Program-made: the position numbers and the translations under genes
NCBI GenBank assembly: GCA_038883795.1
Contig: JAVZLK010000001.1
Location: 160,001-224,000, forward strand
Direction of reading: 5' to 3'
Length of the DNA stretch: 64,000 nt
From: Candidatus Bathyarchaeia archaeon
GTDB taxonomy: Archaea > Thermoproteota > Bathyarchaeia > Bathyarchaeales > Bathycorpusculaceae
Shown here: piece after piece, positions 1 to 10,324 of the stretch
How positions within the stretch are numbered: position 1 is the stretch's first letter
Layout of the letters: the number at the start of each line of letters is the position of its first letter
Notes under the pieces: generated by a model
What the model was told of the DNA's origin: nothing
The model's input: only the letters and a program-made list of their open reading frames with translations
The model's database searches: none

Positions 1-704
1 GTGGCTACGCCCCTTTTTGTCTTTCTTCCTTTATGTTGGAGGATTGTTACGCCCCAACGTTTTACTGGTCCTTGAAAGCCCTTTCCAGTAGAGACGGCGA
101 TAACATCTACGTATTGTCCCTCTTTGAAAATTTCTGCTGGATTCACGGTTTTTCCAAGCAAGTTTTTTGCGTATTCAAATTGTTGTTGTATTGTTCCTCC
201 GCCTACCTCAATTTCTGTTATGTCTGGTTTTTTCTTTGGCACGCCAGTTTGTTTAGGCTGGGTTATGGCAATAACTCGGATTTTTGTTATTTTATCCAAG
301 TTTTCTTCAATTTTTTTGAGACTTTCTTCCGTGTTGAAGTTCTCCGGAAGGGTGAAAACCCTTTCAAGTTCTTCAGGAGGATCTTTCATCCACGCTTCCG
401 TGATAGTTTGCAAACCATAAGCGTTTTTTGTGTAAGCCCGAACAGCACACACAAGCATTGGCGGAGTTTCTATAATAGTTGCAGCACGCATGACTTCTTT
501 CCCATAATTTGGTGAACGCTTCCTATCCTCTATTGCAAATACGTAGGTCATGCCAGCCTTATAACCCATAAAACCCAAAAGCCTAGGCGTGTCAGCCACT
601 ATTTTTGGCCAAAAGCGGATTCTAGCCACTAATCTTTTAGCACGTTTCCTAGGCAAATAAGCAAGCGAACCATGTTTTGGTGCGTGAGTTTTTCGGTGAC
701 CCAT
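1..704 (-). CDS. rpl3: 50S ribosomal protein uL3 (3' end truncated by window edge)
   Basis: Not in ORF track; manual translation MGHRKTHAPKHGSLAYLPRKRA...LLGFMGYKAGMT matches the archaeal L3 N-terminus. Confidence 0.95.
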   Translation of the reverse strand, partial: MGHRKTHAPKHGSLAYLPRKRAKRLVARIRFWPKIVADTPRLLGFMGYKAGMTYVFAIEDRKRSPNYGKEVMRAATIIETPPMLVCAVRAYTKNAYGLQTITEAWMKDPPEELERVFTLPENFNTEESLKKIEENLDKITKIRVIAITQPKQTGVPKKKPDITEIEVGGGTIQQQFEYAKNLLGKTVNPAEIFKEGQYVDVIAVSTGKGFQGPVKRWGVTILQHKGRKTKRGVA

Positions 705-868
705 TGTTTCTCGCTTCGCGTCTTTTAGGAATAATAATAATGAGTTATAAACGTTACCGTTAAAGGCTAATTTTTGGAGCGAAAATTATCCAATACGGGT
801 AGGCCCCTCTAGGTTTTTGCTCTAGTAAATGTTATAAAGTGAGAGATAGAGTCTTTTAGGGGTTTAGC

Positions 869-1483
869 GTGTCGGATATTGCGTCTAAAGTGGTTTTTGC
901 CCTTTATAATTCTGGATGCTTAAAGTTTGGCACTTTCAAGATTAAATCTGGAGCCATAAGCCCCTACTACATCGACCTCGCCTCCCTACTTTCATCACCA
1001 AAAGACTTATCCACAATCACTGACTTGGCAGCAGAAAAAATTAAGGAGATTATGCAAACTGAAAAAATAGACAAGTTAGCCTCCATCGAATTGAAAGGTG
1101 CTCTAATACTGCCAAGCATAGCATGCAAAGCGAACTTGCCATGCACCATAGTAAGAAAAGAAGACAAGACTTATGGAGTTACTGGAAGGATTGCGGGAGC
1201 AGATGTTGTTGAAGGCGAAAACATACTATTCTTTGATGATGTTATCACTGAAGGATTATCCAAGCTTGAAGGAATAAAGGCATTAGAAATTCACGGAGCG
1301 CGTATTAAAAACGTGATGGTTGTAGTGGACAGAGAAGAAGGCGGCAAAGAAACCCTTGAAAAGTTAGGGTATAAAGTGCACGCTTTAACAAAAATTTCAG
1401 AACTTGTTAACTTTCTCTTTAGCTCAGAATACATTTCACAAGAACAAAGAGACGCTGTCTTAAACTATATTAAAAAGCCCTAA
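869..1483 (+). CDS. pyrE: orotate phosphoribosyltransferase
   Basis: FKIKSGAISPYYID, RKEDKTYG loop, PRPP motif FFDDVITEG. Confidence 0.93.
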   Translation: MSDIASKVVFALYNSGCLKFGTFKIKSGAISPYYIDLASLLSSPKDLSTITDLAAEKIKEIMQTEKIDKLASIELKGALILPSIACKANLPCTIVRKEDKTYGVTGRIAGADVVEGENILFFDDVITEGLSKLEGIKALEIHGARIKNVMVVVDREEGGKETLEKLGYKVHALTKISELVNFLFSSEYISQEQRDAVLNYIKKP

Positions 1484-1538
1484 AATTAGTTTACTAAGAG
1501 GCATTTTGGCAAATAAAGATATGTTAGGCGACGCTGTT

Positions 1539-2006
1539 CTATATCCTTTCATCTAAATAACAATAACCAGCAGCTACTTTCTGACGTATCTCCTCAATCC
1601 ATTTGTCAACGCCAAAAATCTTAATCTTCTTTATTCCTTCTAAGGCATGAGGCCCATATTTTTTAAGTTTTTCACACTCTTCAATTTCAGTGCATTCTGC
1701 ACAAGTGGTGTAGTTTTTTACCTTACAACAATTACGAACCGCACAATTAGGGTCTCCACCGCCAGCCACGCATCCTGGGCACTCACCAAATATTTTAACC
1801 CAGCCATCTAGAACTTTTTCGTATTCTGCGTAGTGTTGAAAGGCTGGTTCCCATTTTGCTAGTTCTGGGGCAATTTTGTCAAAGCCATATGCTTTTGTAA
1901 CTTTTCGAAGATTTTCAACAGCCTGTTTTATTTTTCCTTGATATATTCCACAAGCACCACAATATAAACCGCAATATCCTACCAAACTTTTGTTAGATTC
2001 TGCCAA
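1539..2006 (-). CDS. DUF3795-family Cys-rich (Zn/Fe-S) protein
   Basis: GYCGLYCGAC...CPGC...CAVRNCC...CAEC pattern; likely TTG start at 2006. Confidence 0.8.
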   Translation of the reverse strand: MAESNKSLVGYCGLYCGACGIYQGKIKQAVENLRKVTKAYGFDKIAPELAKWEPAFQHYAEYEKVLDGWVKIFGECPGCVAGGGDPNCAVRNCCKVKNYTTCAECTEIEECEKLKKYGPHALEGIKKIKIFGVDKWIEEIRQKVAAGYCYLDERI

Positions 2007-2163
2007 CAGAAGATGCCCCTTGCATACTAATCGTAAAGATGTAGTTAAGCTTTCCCAGAAAAAGAGCAATTTCGCAAGAACAAGCAGATACCGTGCTGAA
2101 TTATGCTTAAACGAAAAACTTTTGGCTGTATGAAACAATTAAGCTTCAACGGAGAAGTAAAAG

Positions 2164-2391
2164 ATGAAAACCTACTTAACAATAATATTTAGCAGTGAAG
2201 GGGCAAACCCAATAGAAGTTGTTGAACGATTGCGCTCTATTGGATTCAAGCCTTTAAAGGGAGTGCACGACCATGTTTACGACTGGGGCAAAAAGAAAGT
2301 TGAGCTTGAGGACATTCTACAAGTTGCATGCTCAGTCCATGAAACCCTAAAGGGCTGCAAAGTACTTTACAAATTACAGACAAAAGAATAA
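2164..2391 (+). CDS. small hypothetical protein (ferredoxin-like fold candidate)
   Basis: 75 aa, ATG start, FSSEGANP..V..RL..IGF pattern. Confidence 0.65.
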   Translation: MKTYLTIIFSSEGANPIEVVERLRSIGFKPLKGVHDHVYDWGKKKVELEDILQVACSVHETLKGCKVLYKLQTKE

Positions 2392-2399
2392 CATCATGC

Positions 2400-2951
2400 T
2401 CAATAGTAACGTTCAACAATAACCATCATTATTTTTTTGGCACACTCTTCGGGAGACAACCTTGCCGCGTCAACTTTCACTTCTGGGTTTAATGGTTCTT
2501 CGTAGGGTTGTCCAATTCCAGGCACCGTTGGCGCTTCGCCCTTCAAAGCTTTTTCATATATCTTCTTAGGAGCCAGATGTGTTTCTGTGCGTCTGGATTC
2601 TCGCTGCATGCAGATTTCTAAGGGACATTCAAGGTACGCCTCTATAAACTTTGGGATTTGCGCCCTTGCATTTTTGCGGTAACATCTTAGGTTCCCAGTT
2701 GCGTCTATAATCACGTTAACTCCATTATCTGTAAGCAGTTTGGCAATGTAAACAAGGGTTGCGTAAACAGCATTACGCTCCTCCACGGTGTATTTTGGTT
2801 TCGGCGTCATTACTTTTCGCAGAGAATCCGATGACAAAAGTTGTGCATGAATTCCCTTTTTTTCAAGAAGGTTGAGTAAAGCTTTTGCGACAACGGATTT
2901 TCCGCTGCCGGGCAAACCAGTAACCCAGACACACCAGCCTTCTTTAACCAT
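2400..2951 (-). CDS. cysC: adenylylsulfate kinase-like P-loop kinase
   Basis: WVTGLPGSGKS Walker A; PGIGQPYEEPLNPE C-terminal motif of APS kinases. Confidence 0.75.
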   Translation of the reverse strand: MVKEGWCVWVTGLPGSGKSVVAKALLNLLEKKGIHAQLLSSDSLRKVMTPKPKYTVEERNAVYATLVYIAKLLTDNGVNVIIDATGNLRCYRKNARAQIPKFIEAYLECPLEICMQRESRRTETHLAPKKIYEKALKGEAPTVPGIGQPYEEPLNPEVKVDAARLSPEECAKKIMMVIVERYY

Positions 2952-3372
2952 GAATCTCGCTTCCATAAAACAAATTTAATGGCAATTCACTCATAAATCC
3001 TCTCAAAAACTCGTAATCTCCTATCTTAAACAAGTGACTTATGCACTTGCAATCTGAAGAACCAAAACCTTGTACGGGAATGCTCTTTTTACTTATGACC
3101 CCTGCTACTTCACATTCACTAAAGGATCCCCGCACTGTAAAAACCCTCAAAACTTTTACATTATCGTCAATGAGCAGATGGTCTATGTGCCAAAATTTTG
3201 GTTTATCTTTCCTCAAGTGGCGTTTTACCCTTTTGTCTAAACCTTTTTTAGCTGAACCTACATAGGCGTAAATGCCCTTTTCAAAGTTTAAGTTTCCCAA
3301 GGCACCTACATTCACGCTAATATTTTTGTTAACCTTGATAATTAAAACATAAATACTGTTCACTGCGCTCAT
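2944..3372 (-). CDS. GIY-YIG (DUF123/Uri) nuclease family protein
   Basis: GIYAYVGSA, WHIDHLL, GFGSSDCKCISHL motifs. Confidence 0.88.
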   Translation of the reverse strand: MSAVNSIYVLIIKVNKNISVNVGALGNLNFEKGIYAYVGSAKKGLDKRVKRHLRKDKPKFWHIDHLLIDDNVKVLRVFTVRGSFSECEVAGVISKKSIPVQGFGSSDCKCISHLFKIGDYEFLRGFMSELPLNLFYGSEIHG

Positions 3373-3376
3373 CCGT

Positions 3377-3496
3377 TTAAGAATTATTTGGGTTATACCA
3401 TTTCAAAATTTCATTAATAGCCTCATCGGAATAGCCCATTTTTTTAAGTTGCCTTTTCAAATCCTCGATTAACTCATCATCCAAATCAGACGCCAC
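3377..3496 (-). CDS. 39-aa micro-protein with UBA-like MGY motif
   Basis: Manual translation MASDLDDELIEDLKRQLKKMGYSDEAINEILKWYNPNNS; stop lies 4 nt upstream of the next gene's ATG. Confidence 0.6.
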   Translation of the reverse strand: MASDLDDELIEDLKRQLKKMGYSDEAINEILKWYNPNNS

Positions 3497-3551
3497 AAAC
3501 AGCAAAGATTCAATCCAAAACTATTTATCCTTTATCCTCAACGGTTAAGCC

Positions 3552-3998
3552 ATGCCAAACCAAAAAATACTCCACCACGTAACCTATTGTAGCTTATACT
3601 GCAAACTCTGCGCACAACAAAGTCGCATACCAAAACAAGCCGCCCAGCTAAAACAAAGCCTCCATGAAGAAGGGTTTGACGACTTTTCCCAATATTCTGG
3701 CAGTTTCTGCAAAAACTCGCAACATTCAATTGCAACTGCAGAATAGGTAAAGGTGGACCTCCAGACTGCAAAATCCGTAACTGCGCCAAAGAAAAAGGCA
3801 TAGAAGTTTGCCCAAGTGCAAAGAGTATCATGCGCGCGTATCAAAGCACTAGCACTACATTATCCAACCTTAATTCAAGATGGAAAACGTTTGCAAAAGG
3901 TTGGCATAGAAAAATGGGTTAGGGAACAAGAGAAGAGAGCTAAGCGTGGAGTGGTTTACGCGGATATACGCTATAAAATGAGAACTAAATTTCACTAA
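3552..3998 (+). pseudogene. frameshifted DUF3795-family gene
   Basis: YCSLYCKLC in one frame, CNCRIGKGGPPDCKIRNCAKEKGIEVCP in another, then KCKEY and CARIKAL... in further frames; at least 3 shifts. Confidence 0.8.
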
Positions 3999-5109
3999 TG
4001 TAGGAGTTTACACGCTCTAAATCGAATTTTTCAAAATGCAAAACATTCCTTACGAAGTTTAGAAGTTTTATGCGAACATCCTTGCTGAGGTTGGGATACC
4101 AAATCGGTGAAGCAACAACCAGCCCACGCCAAGCATAGAAGGGCTGAACAACCTCAAGAATCTCCCAATCGTCTGTTTTCTCCAAATAGTTTTCCCAGAA
4201 CAAACGGAACAAACGTTCAAAAACTCCAGTTAACTCGCCATACTTTTGCAAAGAATAAAAGATGTAATTAATTGTCATAGCAGTAACATCATCTGCAGGT
4301 TCGCCCCACTCGCCTCGGCTGCGGTCTAAAACTGTAAAGTCCGTGCCTTCGCGAAACATAACATTCCATGGATGAAAATCGCCGTGCACTTGACTAAGCC
4401 TATGGGCTTTGCGCTTAAGCCTCCAACGCCAAACGGTGCAGTCTCTTTCGATATCAATAAGGCTTGACTCATTGACAAAATCAAGTTCAGGTGAATAACT
4501 ATCCAGCAAGCCCATGATACATTCTCCATGTCCAATAAGTTCACGGGCACGCCTAACATAAAGCCATGGAGCATCCCGCTTAACCTTATGAATTTCAACA
4601 AGATAATTCGACAAGGCTAAACAGCGTTGCTCATCCAACTCGCTTAACTGCCCAGTCTCTTTTAAACGGTCAAGGTCGAAATGGTAGAGTTTACCATCAA
4701 CAAGCTCGGTTAAAATGAAAAATTCGCCACAATCACCCAAAGATTTTAAGCCGTCGCCTTTTACTTTAAAAGCACCCACATCAATTGAACGCACATGACG
4801 CGGTAACCTATTAAATGCAGAATGCTGCCAAAGCAAAATCTGCGCCCTATCAGAGAAATAATCATGCCCAAAACCTTCAGAATGCATGGTCTCCAAAACA
4901 ACCCGCTTAGTCACCCCATCAACCGTAAACTCGATAACATAAGGAACGCCATAACCAAAACCCTTCAAATCCTTTGAGGTCTTAGACCTTTTAGAACCAA
5001 GTCTCCAAACTCCACAAATCTTGACGTCAGCGTTATATAAGGAAGATAGATATTCACGTAGAACATTTTCGGAAACTTTTAATTGATAATTATCTCTTTT
5101 TGTAGTCAT
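3985..5109 (-). CDS. APH/choline-kinase-like phosphotransferase
   Basis: Brenner motif HGDFHPWN followed by LDRS and WGEPADD. Confidence 0.82.
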   Translation of the reverse strand: MTTKRDNYQLKVSENVLREYLSSLYNADVKICGVWRLGSKRSKTSKDLKGFGYGVPYVIEFTVDGVTKRVVLETMHSEGFGHDYFSDRAQILLWQHSAFNRLPRHVRSIDVGAFKVKGDGLKSLGDCGEFFILTELVDGKLYHFDLDRLKETGQLSELDEQRCLALSNYLVEIHKVKRDAPWLYVRRARELIGHGECIMGLLDSYSPELDFVNESSLIDIERDCTVWRWRLKRKAHRLSQVHGDFHPWNVMFREGTDFTVLDRSRGEWGEPADDVTAMTINYIFYSLQKYGELTGVFERLFRLFWENYLEKTDDWEILEVVQPFYAWRGLVVASPIWYPNLSKDVRIKLLNFVRNVLHFEKFDLERVNSYISEI

Positions 5110-5572
5110 CTGACTTCACCCACACTAGAACATCTCGCCACAAATAAAGGCTTAAGGTGAAAGCTGTACTTAAGTATATAAGCAAGTTGATTGAAAACCA
5201 AGAAATTCTGCCGCTACTGCGGTACGGTAAAAGAAAGTTTCCGATAAATGCCACCGTGATTCTCATATAAACATAACAAGCGGTTCCTACTAAAAGGAGA
5301 AAGAGAATTTTATCAAAAGTTCGAGAGGGATCAAGTTTTCTGTTCTTGATACACCATAAAGCATAAGCAAAACCGCTTAGGGTTAACAAATAAACAGGAA
5401 TGTAAAGGTAGGTTAAACCAGCATTAACAAATATTTTGGCTAAGGGCCCAGCCTCATACTGCGAAAGCGAATACCCCAAACTTTCAACATACAATGTGGA
5501 GATTACATCCAACACCCCCAGAAAGGGAGAAACCCAAATAACTTTGTCAACGCTATCCAACTTTTCCATCAT
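5090..5572 (-). CDS. hypothetical membrane protein (~4 TM)
   Basis: Hydrophobic segments; overlaps start of downstream gene. Confidence 0.7.
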   Translation of the reverse strand: MMEKLDSVDKVIWVSPFLGVLDVISTLYVESLGYSLSQYEAGPLAKIFVNAGLTYLYIPVYLLTLSGFAYALWCIKNRKLDPSRTFDKILFLLLVGTACYVYMRITVAFIGNFLLPYRSSGRISWFSINLLIYLSTAFTLSLYLWRDVLVWVKSDDYKKR

Positions 5573-5645
5573 ACCCTACTATAACAACATAATGAAAGCT
5601 TAAAAATTATAATATTACACTTTAAGCATCCTTATAGCGATTAAA

Positions 5646-7001
5646 ATGAACATACTAATCCAAAATGGAACCATCTTGACAATGCATGATGGAGAAGTTA
5701 TACGGCAGGGTGCTGTCGCAATAGAAGAGGAAACAATAGTTGATGTTGGGAAAACAAACGAGCTAAAAGGAAAGTATGGAAGAGGCTACGAAAAAATAGA
5801 CGCAAAAGGCAAAATAATCATGCCAGGATTTGTTAACACGCATCAACATGCTGCCATGAGCTTATTACGAGGATACGCTGACGACTTACCACTACAAGAA
5901 TGGCTGGAAAAATGGATATGGCCCATAGAAAAACACATGACCGCCCATGAAATTTACGTTGGGGCCCTATTAACAGCGGTGGAATCCATAATGGGTGGAA
6001 CAACAACAGTCAACACCATGTACCATTACACACCAGAAGAAAACGAGGCAAAAGCCTTCGCCGACGCCGGATTAAGAGGGGTAATCGGCCATGTTTGCTT
6101 CTCATGGAGAAAAAAGGAGGATAGAAAAGCATTATGGGATTTGGCTAAAAACTGGCACAATAAAGGAAAAGGATTGATCCGCGTCAGCGTGGACCCCCAT
6201 GCGCCTTATACTGTTGACCCAGAATACATGAAAGAACTGAAAACGCTAAGAGAAGAGTTGACTGAAAAGTATGGTTCAGAAAATGCGCCAATAATTTGGC
6301 ATACACATATTGCTGAAACAAACGATGAACCAGAAAAAATCCGAAAGGCCTTCAACATCCAAATTAAAAATGGAATTATGAAATATTTAGATTCTTTAGG
6401 AGTTTTGAATGAGAGGGTGGTTGCAGCCCACTGTGTAGCCTTAACAGATGAAGACATTAAAATCATGGAAAAAAGAGATGTAAAAGTTTCACATAGTCCC
6501 ATTTCAAATCTTAAACTTGCCTCTGGAATAAGCCCCATTCCAAAAATGCTGGAAGAAGGCATAACAGTTTCCTTAGGCACAGATAGTCCATGCTCAAACA
6601 ATACTGCAGACATGTTTGAAACCATGAAAACCACTGCCATTTTACATAAAGGAATAAACAAAAATCCAACCCTTTTGCCAGCGGAAAAAATTTTGGAAAT
6701 GGCAACTATAAATGGTGCAAAAGCTTTGGCTTGGGATAAGGAAATAGGTTCAATAGCTGTGGGTAAAAAAGCAGATTTAATTATTATCAGCCTAAAAAAG
6801 CCCCATCTCACTCCCCTCCACAATGAAACAAGTCATATGGTTTACGCTGGAAAATCCTCCGATGTGGAAACCGTCATAATAAACGGCAAAATAATCATGG
6901 AAAATGGAACACTAAAAACTTTGAACGTTGAGAAAATTATGGTGCTTGCCGAAAAAGCCAAAAATAACCTTCTTAGACGGGCAAACGCCAACATTAAATA
7001 G
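5646..7001 (+). CDS. mtaD: 5'-deoxyadenosine/MTA/SAH deaminase (amidohydrolase)
   Basis: [32 protein letters not shown] motifs; adjacent to ahcY. Confidence 0.85.
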   Translation: MNILIQNGTILTMHDGEVIRQGAVAIEEETIVDVGKTNELKGKYGRGYEKIDAKGKIIMPGFVNTHQHAAMSLLRGYADDLPLQEWLEKWIWPIEKHMTAHEIYVGALLTAVESIMGGTTTVNTMYHYTPEENEAKAFADAGLRGVIGHVCFSWRKKEDRKALWDLAKNWHNKGKGLIRVSVDPHAPYTVDPEYMKELKTLREELTEKYGSENAPIIWHTHIAETNDEPEKIRKAFNIQIKNGIMKYLDSLGVLNERVVAAHCVALTDEDIKIMEKRDVKVSHSPISNLKLASGISPIPKMLEEGITVSLGTDSPCSNNTADMFETMKTTAILHKGINKNPTLLPAEKILEMATINGAKALAWDKEIGSIAVGKKADLIIISLKKPHLTPLHNETSHMVYAGKSSDVETVIINGKIIMENGTLKTLNVEKIMVLAEKAKNNLLRRANANIK

Positions 7002-7036
7002 TTAGTTTTAATGAGGATAAAAGGAAGGAGTTTGAA

Positions 7037-8293
7037 ATGGAAAATTTCAAAGTAAAAGACGCAAGCCTTGCCTCTAAAGGACGTTTACAAATAGAGTGGG
7101 CATCAAAACACATGCCAGTTCTAAACCAAATAAAAGAAAGATTCCAAAAAGAAAAACCCCTCAGAAACCTAACCTTAGGCGCATGCTTACATGTAACAAA
7201 GGAGACAGCTGTCCTCATTGAAACTTTTCTTGCTGGCGGAGCAAAAGTTGCATTATGTGGTTCCAATCCGCTTTCTACACAAGATGATGTAGCAGCCGCC
7301 CTTACAGAAAAGGGCGTGAATGTTTTCGCTTGGAGAGGACAAACAACAAAGGAGTATTACTGGTGCATTGAGAAGGTGATAGACTACAAGCCAAAAATAA
7401 CGCTTGATGACGGCGCAGACCTTGTTGGAACAATTCATAACAAAAGAACAGAAGCAATACCAAACATTAAAGGAGGCACGGAAGAAACCACCACGGGTGT
7501 CTTACGATTAAGAGCTATGGAAAAAACTGGTGCACTAAAATATGCAATAATAGCCGTAAACGATGCTTATACCAAATACTTGTTTGACAACAGATACGGA
7601 ACAGGGCAAAGCACCATAGACGGAATCCTAAGAGCCACAAACATCCTTTTAGCAGGCAAAAACTTTGTCGTCTGCGGTTACGGATGGTGCGGAAGAGGAA
7701 TAGCCATGAGAGCGCAAGGAATGGGCGCCAATGTAATAATAACTGAAGTTAACCCTTTAAGGGCTTTGGAAGCAGCAATGAACGGTTTCCGCATAATGCC
7801 GATAGCCGAAGCAGCAGAAATAGGCGACATATTCGTAACAGCCACAGGCGACATAAGCGTCATAAGAAAAGAACACATGCAAAAAATGAAAGACGGTGCC
7901 ATACTAGCCAACAGCGGCCACTTCAATGTTGAAATAAACCTTAAGGAGCTCGAGGAATTAGCGGTTTCAAAGCGAACCATTAGACCAAACCTTGAAGAGT
8001 ACACGTTAAAAGATGGAAGAAAACTGTATCTTCTAGCTGAAGGAAGACTTGTGAATCTGGCATCAGCGGAAGGACATCCTTCAGAGGTTATGGACATGTC
8101 CTTTGCGAACCAAGCCCTCTGCGTTGAATACTTGGCCAAAAACGAAAAAATGCCACCAAAAGTTTACGAAGTCCCAAAAGAAGTGGACGAAACTGTTGCT
8201 AGGTTGAAGCTTAACGCGATGAAAATAAAGATAGACGAGTTGACGGATGAGCAGAAAAGGTATTTGGCAACATGGGAAATGGGAACTATATAG
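7037..8293 (+). CDS. ahcY: adenosylhomocysteinase
   Basis: [48 protein letters not shown]. Confidence 0.97.
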   Translation: MENFKVKDASLASKGRLQIEWASKHMPVLNQIKERFQKEKPLRNLTLGACLHVTKETAVLIETFLAGGAKVALCGSNPLSTQDDVAAALTEKGVNVFAWRGQTTKEYYWCIEKVIDYKPKITLDDGADLVGTIHNKRTEAIPNIKGGTEETTTGVLRLRAMEKTGALKYAIIAVNDAYTKYLFDNRYGTGQSTIDGILRATNILLAGKNFVVCGYGWCGRGIAMRAQGMGANVIITEVNPLRALEAAMNGFRIMPIAEAAEIGDIFVTATGDISVIRKEHMQKMKDGAILANSGHFNVEINLKELEELAVSKRTIRPNLEEYTLKDGRKLYLLAEGRLVNLASAEGHPSEVMDMSFANQALCVEYLAKNEKMPPKVYEVPKEVDETVARLKLNAMKIKIDELTDEQKRYLATWEMGTI

Positions 8294-8369
8294 AATTGAA
8301 ACCGAAAGCTATGGTAAACTTTTTAAAGCTTAAACGAATAAACATGGCTTACATAGGGTGATGATATAA

Positions 8370-8714
8370 ATGGTTAGTAAAGACCAAACAATTGGCGGAA
8401 TAATATTTATAGTCTGCTTAATAGTAGGCATATTATACACTGTTGGATTGTTCTACTTCGGAGAACCCTTTAAACCTTGGCCAATAGAGTTTTGGCTTGT
8501 TGCAATTCCAGTGTTTCTCGCATTCATTGCCATAATGGGCATTGGAGCATGGATAGGTTGGACTATGGCTACAACGCCACCACCGAAACCAATAGAAGAG
8601 ATAACAAGCGAAGTGGAAGAGAAAAAGGAAGAAGAGAAGCCGGAAGAAAAACCAGTGGAAGAGGCAACAGAAACTGAAGAAGAGAAAAAGCCTGAAAAGA
8701 AAAAGAAAAGCTAA
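8370..8714 (+). CDS. archaeal 2-TM membrane protein with E/K-rich tail
   Basis: WIGWTMATTPPPKPIEEI motif; SD GGTGA upstream. Confidence 0.8.
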   Translation: MVSKDQTIGGIIFIVCLIVGILYTVGLFYFGEPFKPWPIEFWLVAIPVFLAFIAIMGIGAWIGWTMATTPPPKPIEEITSEVEEKKEEEKPEEKPVEEATETEEEKKPEKKKKS

Positions 8715-8793
8715 AAGCAACAACTTTCGCTAAAATCTCATCTTACAAAATTTTATCCATATTTTATGTAGCAAACTAATAGGAAAACAAAAA

Positions 8794-9165
8794 TTATAAT
8801 CCAAGAAACTTGAAGGCAAAATATAAAGCCAAATAAACCACAGCGGAAATCCCAAAAATCACGACAATGATTTTTGGAGAAATCGAAATAAAAGGAGTCT
8901 CTTCGCCTTTAGGCTGTATCTCATACTCTTTAATGATGTGTGTTTCAGCGTCAACCTTAACCAAAGCTAAAAACTTTTTCATCTCCACCTCCACTGTGTA
9001 AATTCCTTCTTCCAGTGAAACCCTTTTTGGTTTTAGGCTGCCCTTATTTCCAATTCTCTTAAGAAAACCAGTAGCAATAGCTGTCACAGTTTCAGCATTC
9101 AATTCTCTCGTCTGAGGCGTAGCAGATGTAAGAGCGCTAGGCGCTTTTCTCTGCAAGGTTGCCAA
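8794..9165 (-). CDS. hypothetical protein with C-terminal TM anchor (PepSY-like soluble part)
   Basis: SD GGAG, TTG start, C-terminal hydrophobic helix. Confidence 0.65.
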   Translation of the reverse strand: MATLQRKAPSALTSATPQTRELNAETVTAIATGFLKRIGNKGSLKPKRVSLEEGIYTVEVEMKKFLALVKVDAETHIIKEYEIQPKGEETPFISISPKIIVVIFGISAVVYLALYFAFKFLGL

Positions 9166-9243
9166 TTATGCTGTCTCCTATGTCGGTTTATACAAACTAT
9201 CTAGATGTTTAAAAGAGCATGTGCGTATCATTGTTAACCAACC

Positions 9244-9642
9244 TTAACCAGTTACGTTCTTGAGCATGCACTGCACTATGTTTCCGCACATCATACACTC
9301 TTCTGGGATTTTCTCTTTTGTTTTACGCTCGCTTAAATATCCAAAATGATGAGCACACCCTTGTATTTTAGGCGGTGCTTGCAAAGTTTCCTTTTCTTTT
9401 GGAGGCTTTACCTCTTGAGTCTTAACGCCCACTTCTACCTCTGGTTTTTGACCTGTTTCAATTATTGGAATGTTTTTTCCCACGGTGATTTCTGTTAAGC
9501 AGTATGGGCACGCATCATACTTTTTGGCATGTTTTAGGTTTAAATTTTCAGCTTTAATGGGCGCTGTAAACACTTTTCCGCAAGATGGGTTTGGGCAGAT
9601 GTAGGTTTGGTTATGGGGCGCGTTATCTTTCTTTTTTGTGAT
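9244..9642 (-). CDS. Zn-finger hypothetical protein (probable ATC start)
   Basis: CPNPSC...CPYC and CAHH...ECMMC...C; open frame extends upstream of the GTG at 9573. Confidence 0.65.
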   Translation of the reverse strand: MTKKKDNAPHNQTYICPNPSCGKVFTAPIKAENLNLKHAKKYDACPYCLTEITVGKNIPIIETGQKPEVEVGVKTQEVKPPKEKETLQAPPKIQGCAHHFGYLSERKTKEKIPEECMMCGNIVQCMLKNVTG

Positions 9643-9742
9643 TTTTGACCCTCCTTTAACATAGAATCGGATTCCGAGTTTATAGTGTTAATGAATCCAA
9701 AATTAATATCGTGAATATCCGCCCAAAATTACATTAAAAAAT

Positions 9743-10321
9743 TTATGGAGAAGCTAACTTTTTTAGGTCTTCCTCGCCCTCCGCATATCCAGAAGCTATC
9801 AAAATGTCGTCTACCAGAATTTTGGTTTCAGGCTTTGGTCTTATACATCTGCCTCCTCTTCTTATGGCGAGAACCCACATTCCAGTTTCTTCATGGACTT
9901 TAGCGTCTCGCAATGTTTTGTTTACAAGAGGAGAGTTTTCTGACACCTTTACATACGTAACGGTTTCTTTTGCTTCTTCTATCGTCAATTTCAGCACTGG
10001 GTGGGGCTCTATTTCTCTCAAAACAACCTCAGCTATTTCTGCTGCAGCATCGGCTATTTTTTCGGTTACAACGCCTAATCTTATCAGCCCCAAGAAACCT
10101 TTAGCTTCTTCCTTTTTAAAACCGCTTGACAGCACAAGTAATTCAAAATCCGTGTGCAATTTGTCCACATACTCTTCTAATTTCTGAACTTCTTCAGCCA
10201 ATTCCTTACTATTCATCAGCAATGACGAGTAAGCTAAATCCATCATAAGCTCTGAAGTGTCTTTAAGCTCGACAAACTTTTCCACTATTTCCTCAAATCT
10301 TCGGCTAGACTTTACTGACAT
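9743..10321 (-). CDS. PhoU-like + TrkA-C (RCK_C) domain protein
   Basis: ELKDTSELMMDLAYS; C-terminal VLAIRRG..I.P.PET.I...DILI. Confidence 0.85.
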   Translation of the reverse strand: MSVKSSRRFEEIVEKFVELKDTSELMMDLAYSSLLMNSKELAEEVQKLEEYVDKLHTDFELLVLSSGFKKEEAKGFLGLIRLGVVTEKIADAAAEIAEVVLREIEPHPVLKLTIEEAKETVTYVKVSENSPLVNKTLRDAKVHEETGMWVLAIRRGGRCIRPKPETKILVDDILIASGYAEGEEDLKKLASP

Positions 10322-10324
10322 AGG

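Noticed and set aside
33-515. Plus-strand ORFs of 160 and 98 aa, and many similar antisense ORFs in the track
   Set aside because: Shadows of real opposite-strand genes (here rpl3)
8600-8714. Purine-rich low-complexity stretch
   Set aside because: Encodes the E/K-rich tail of a membrane protein
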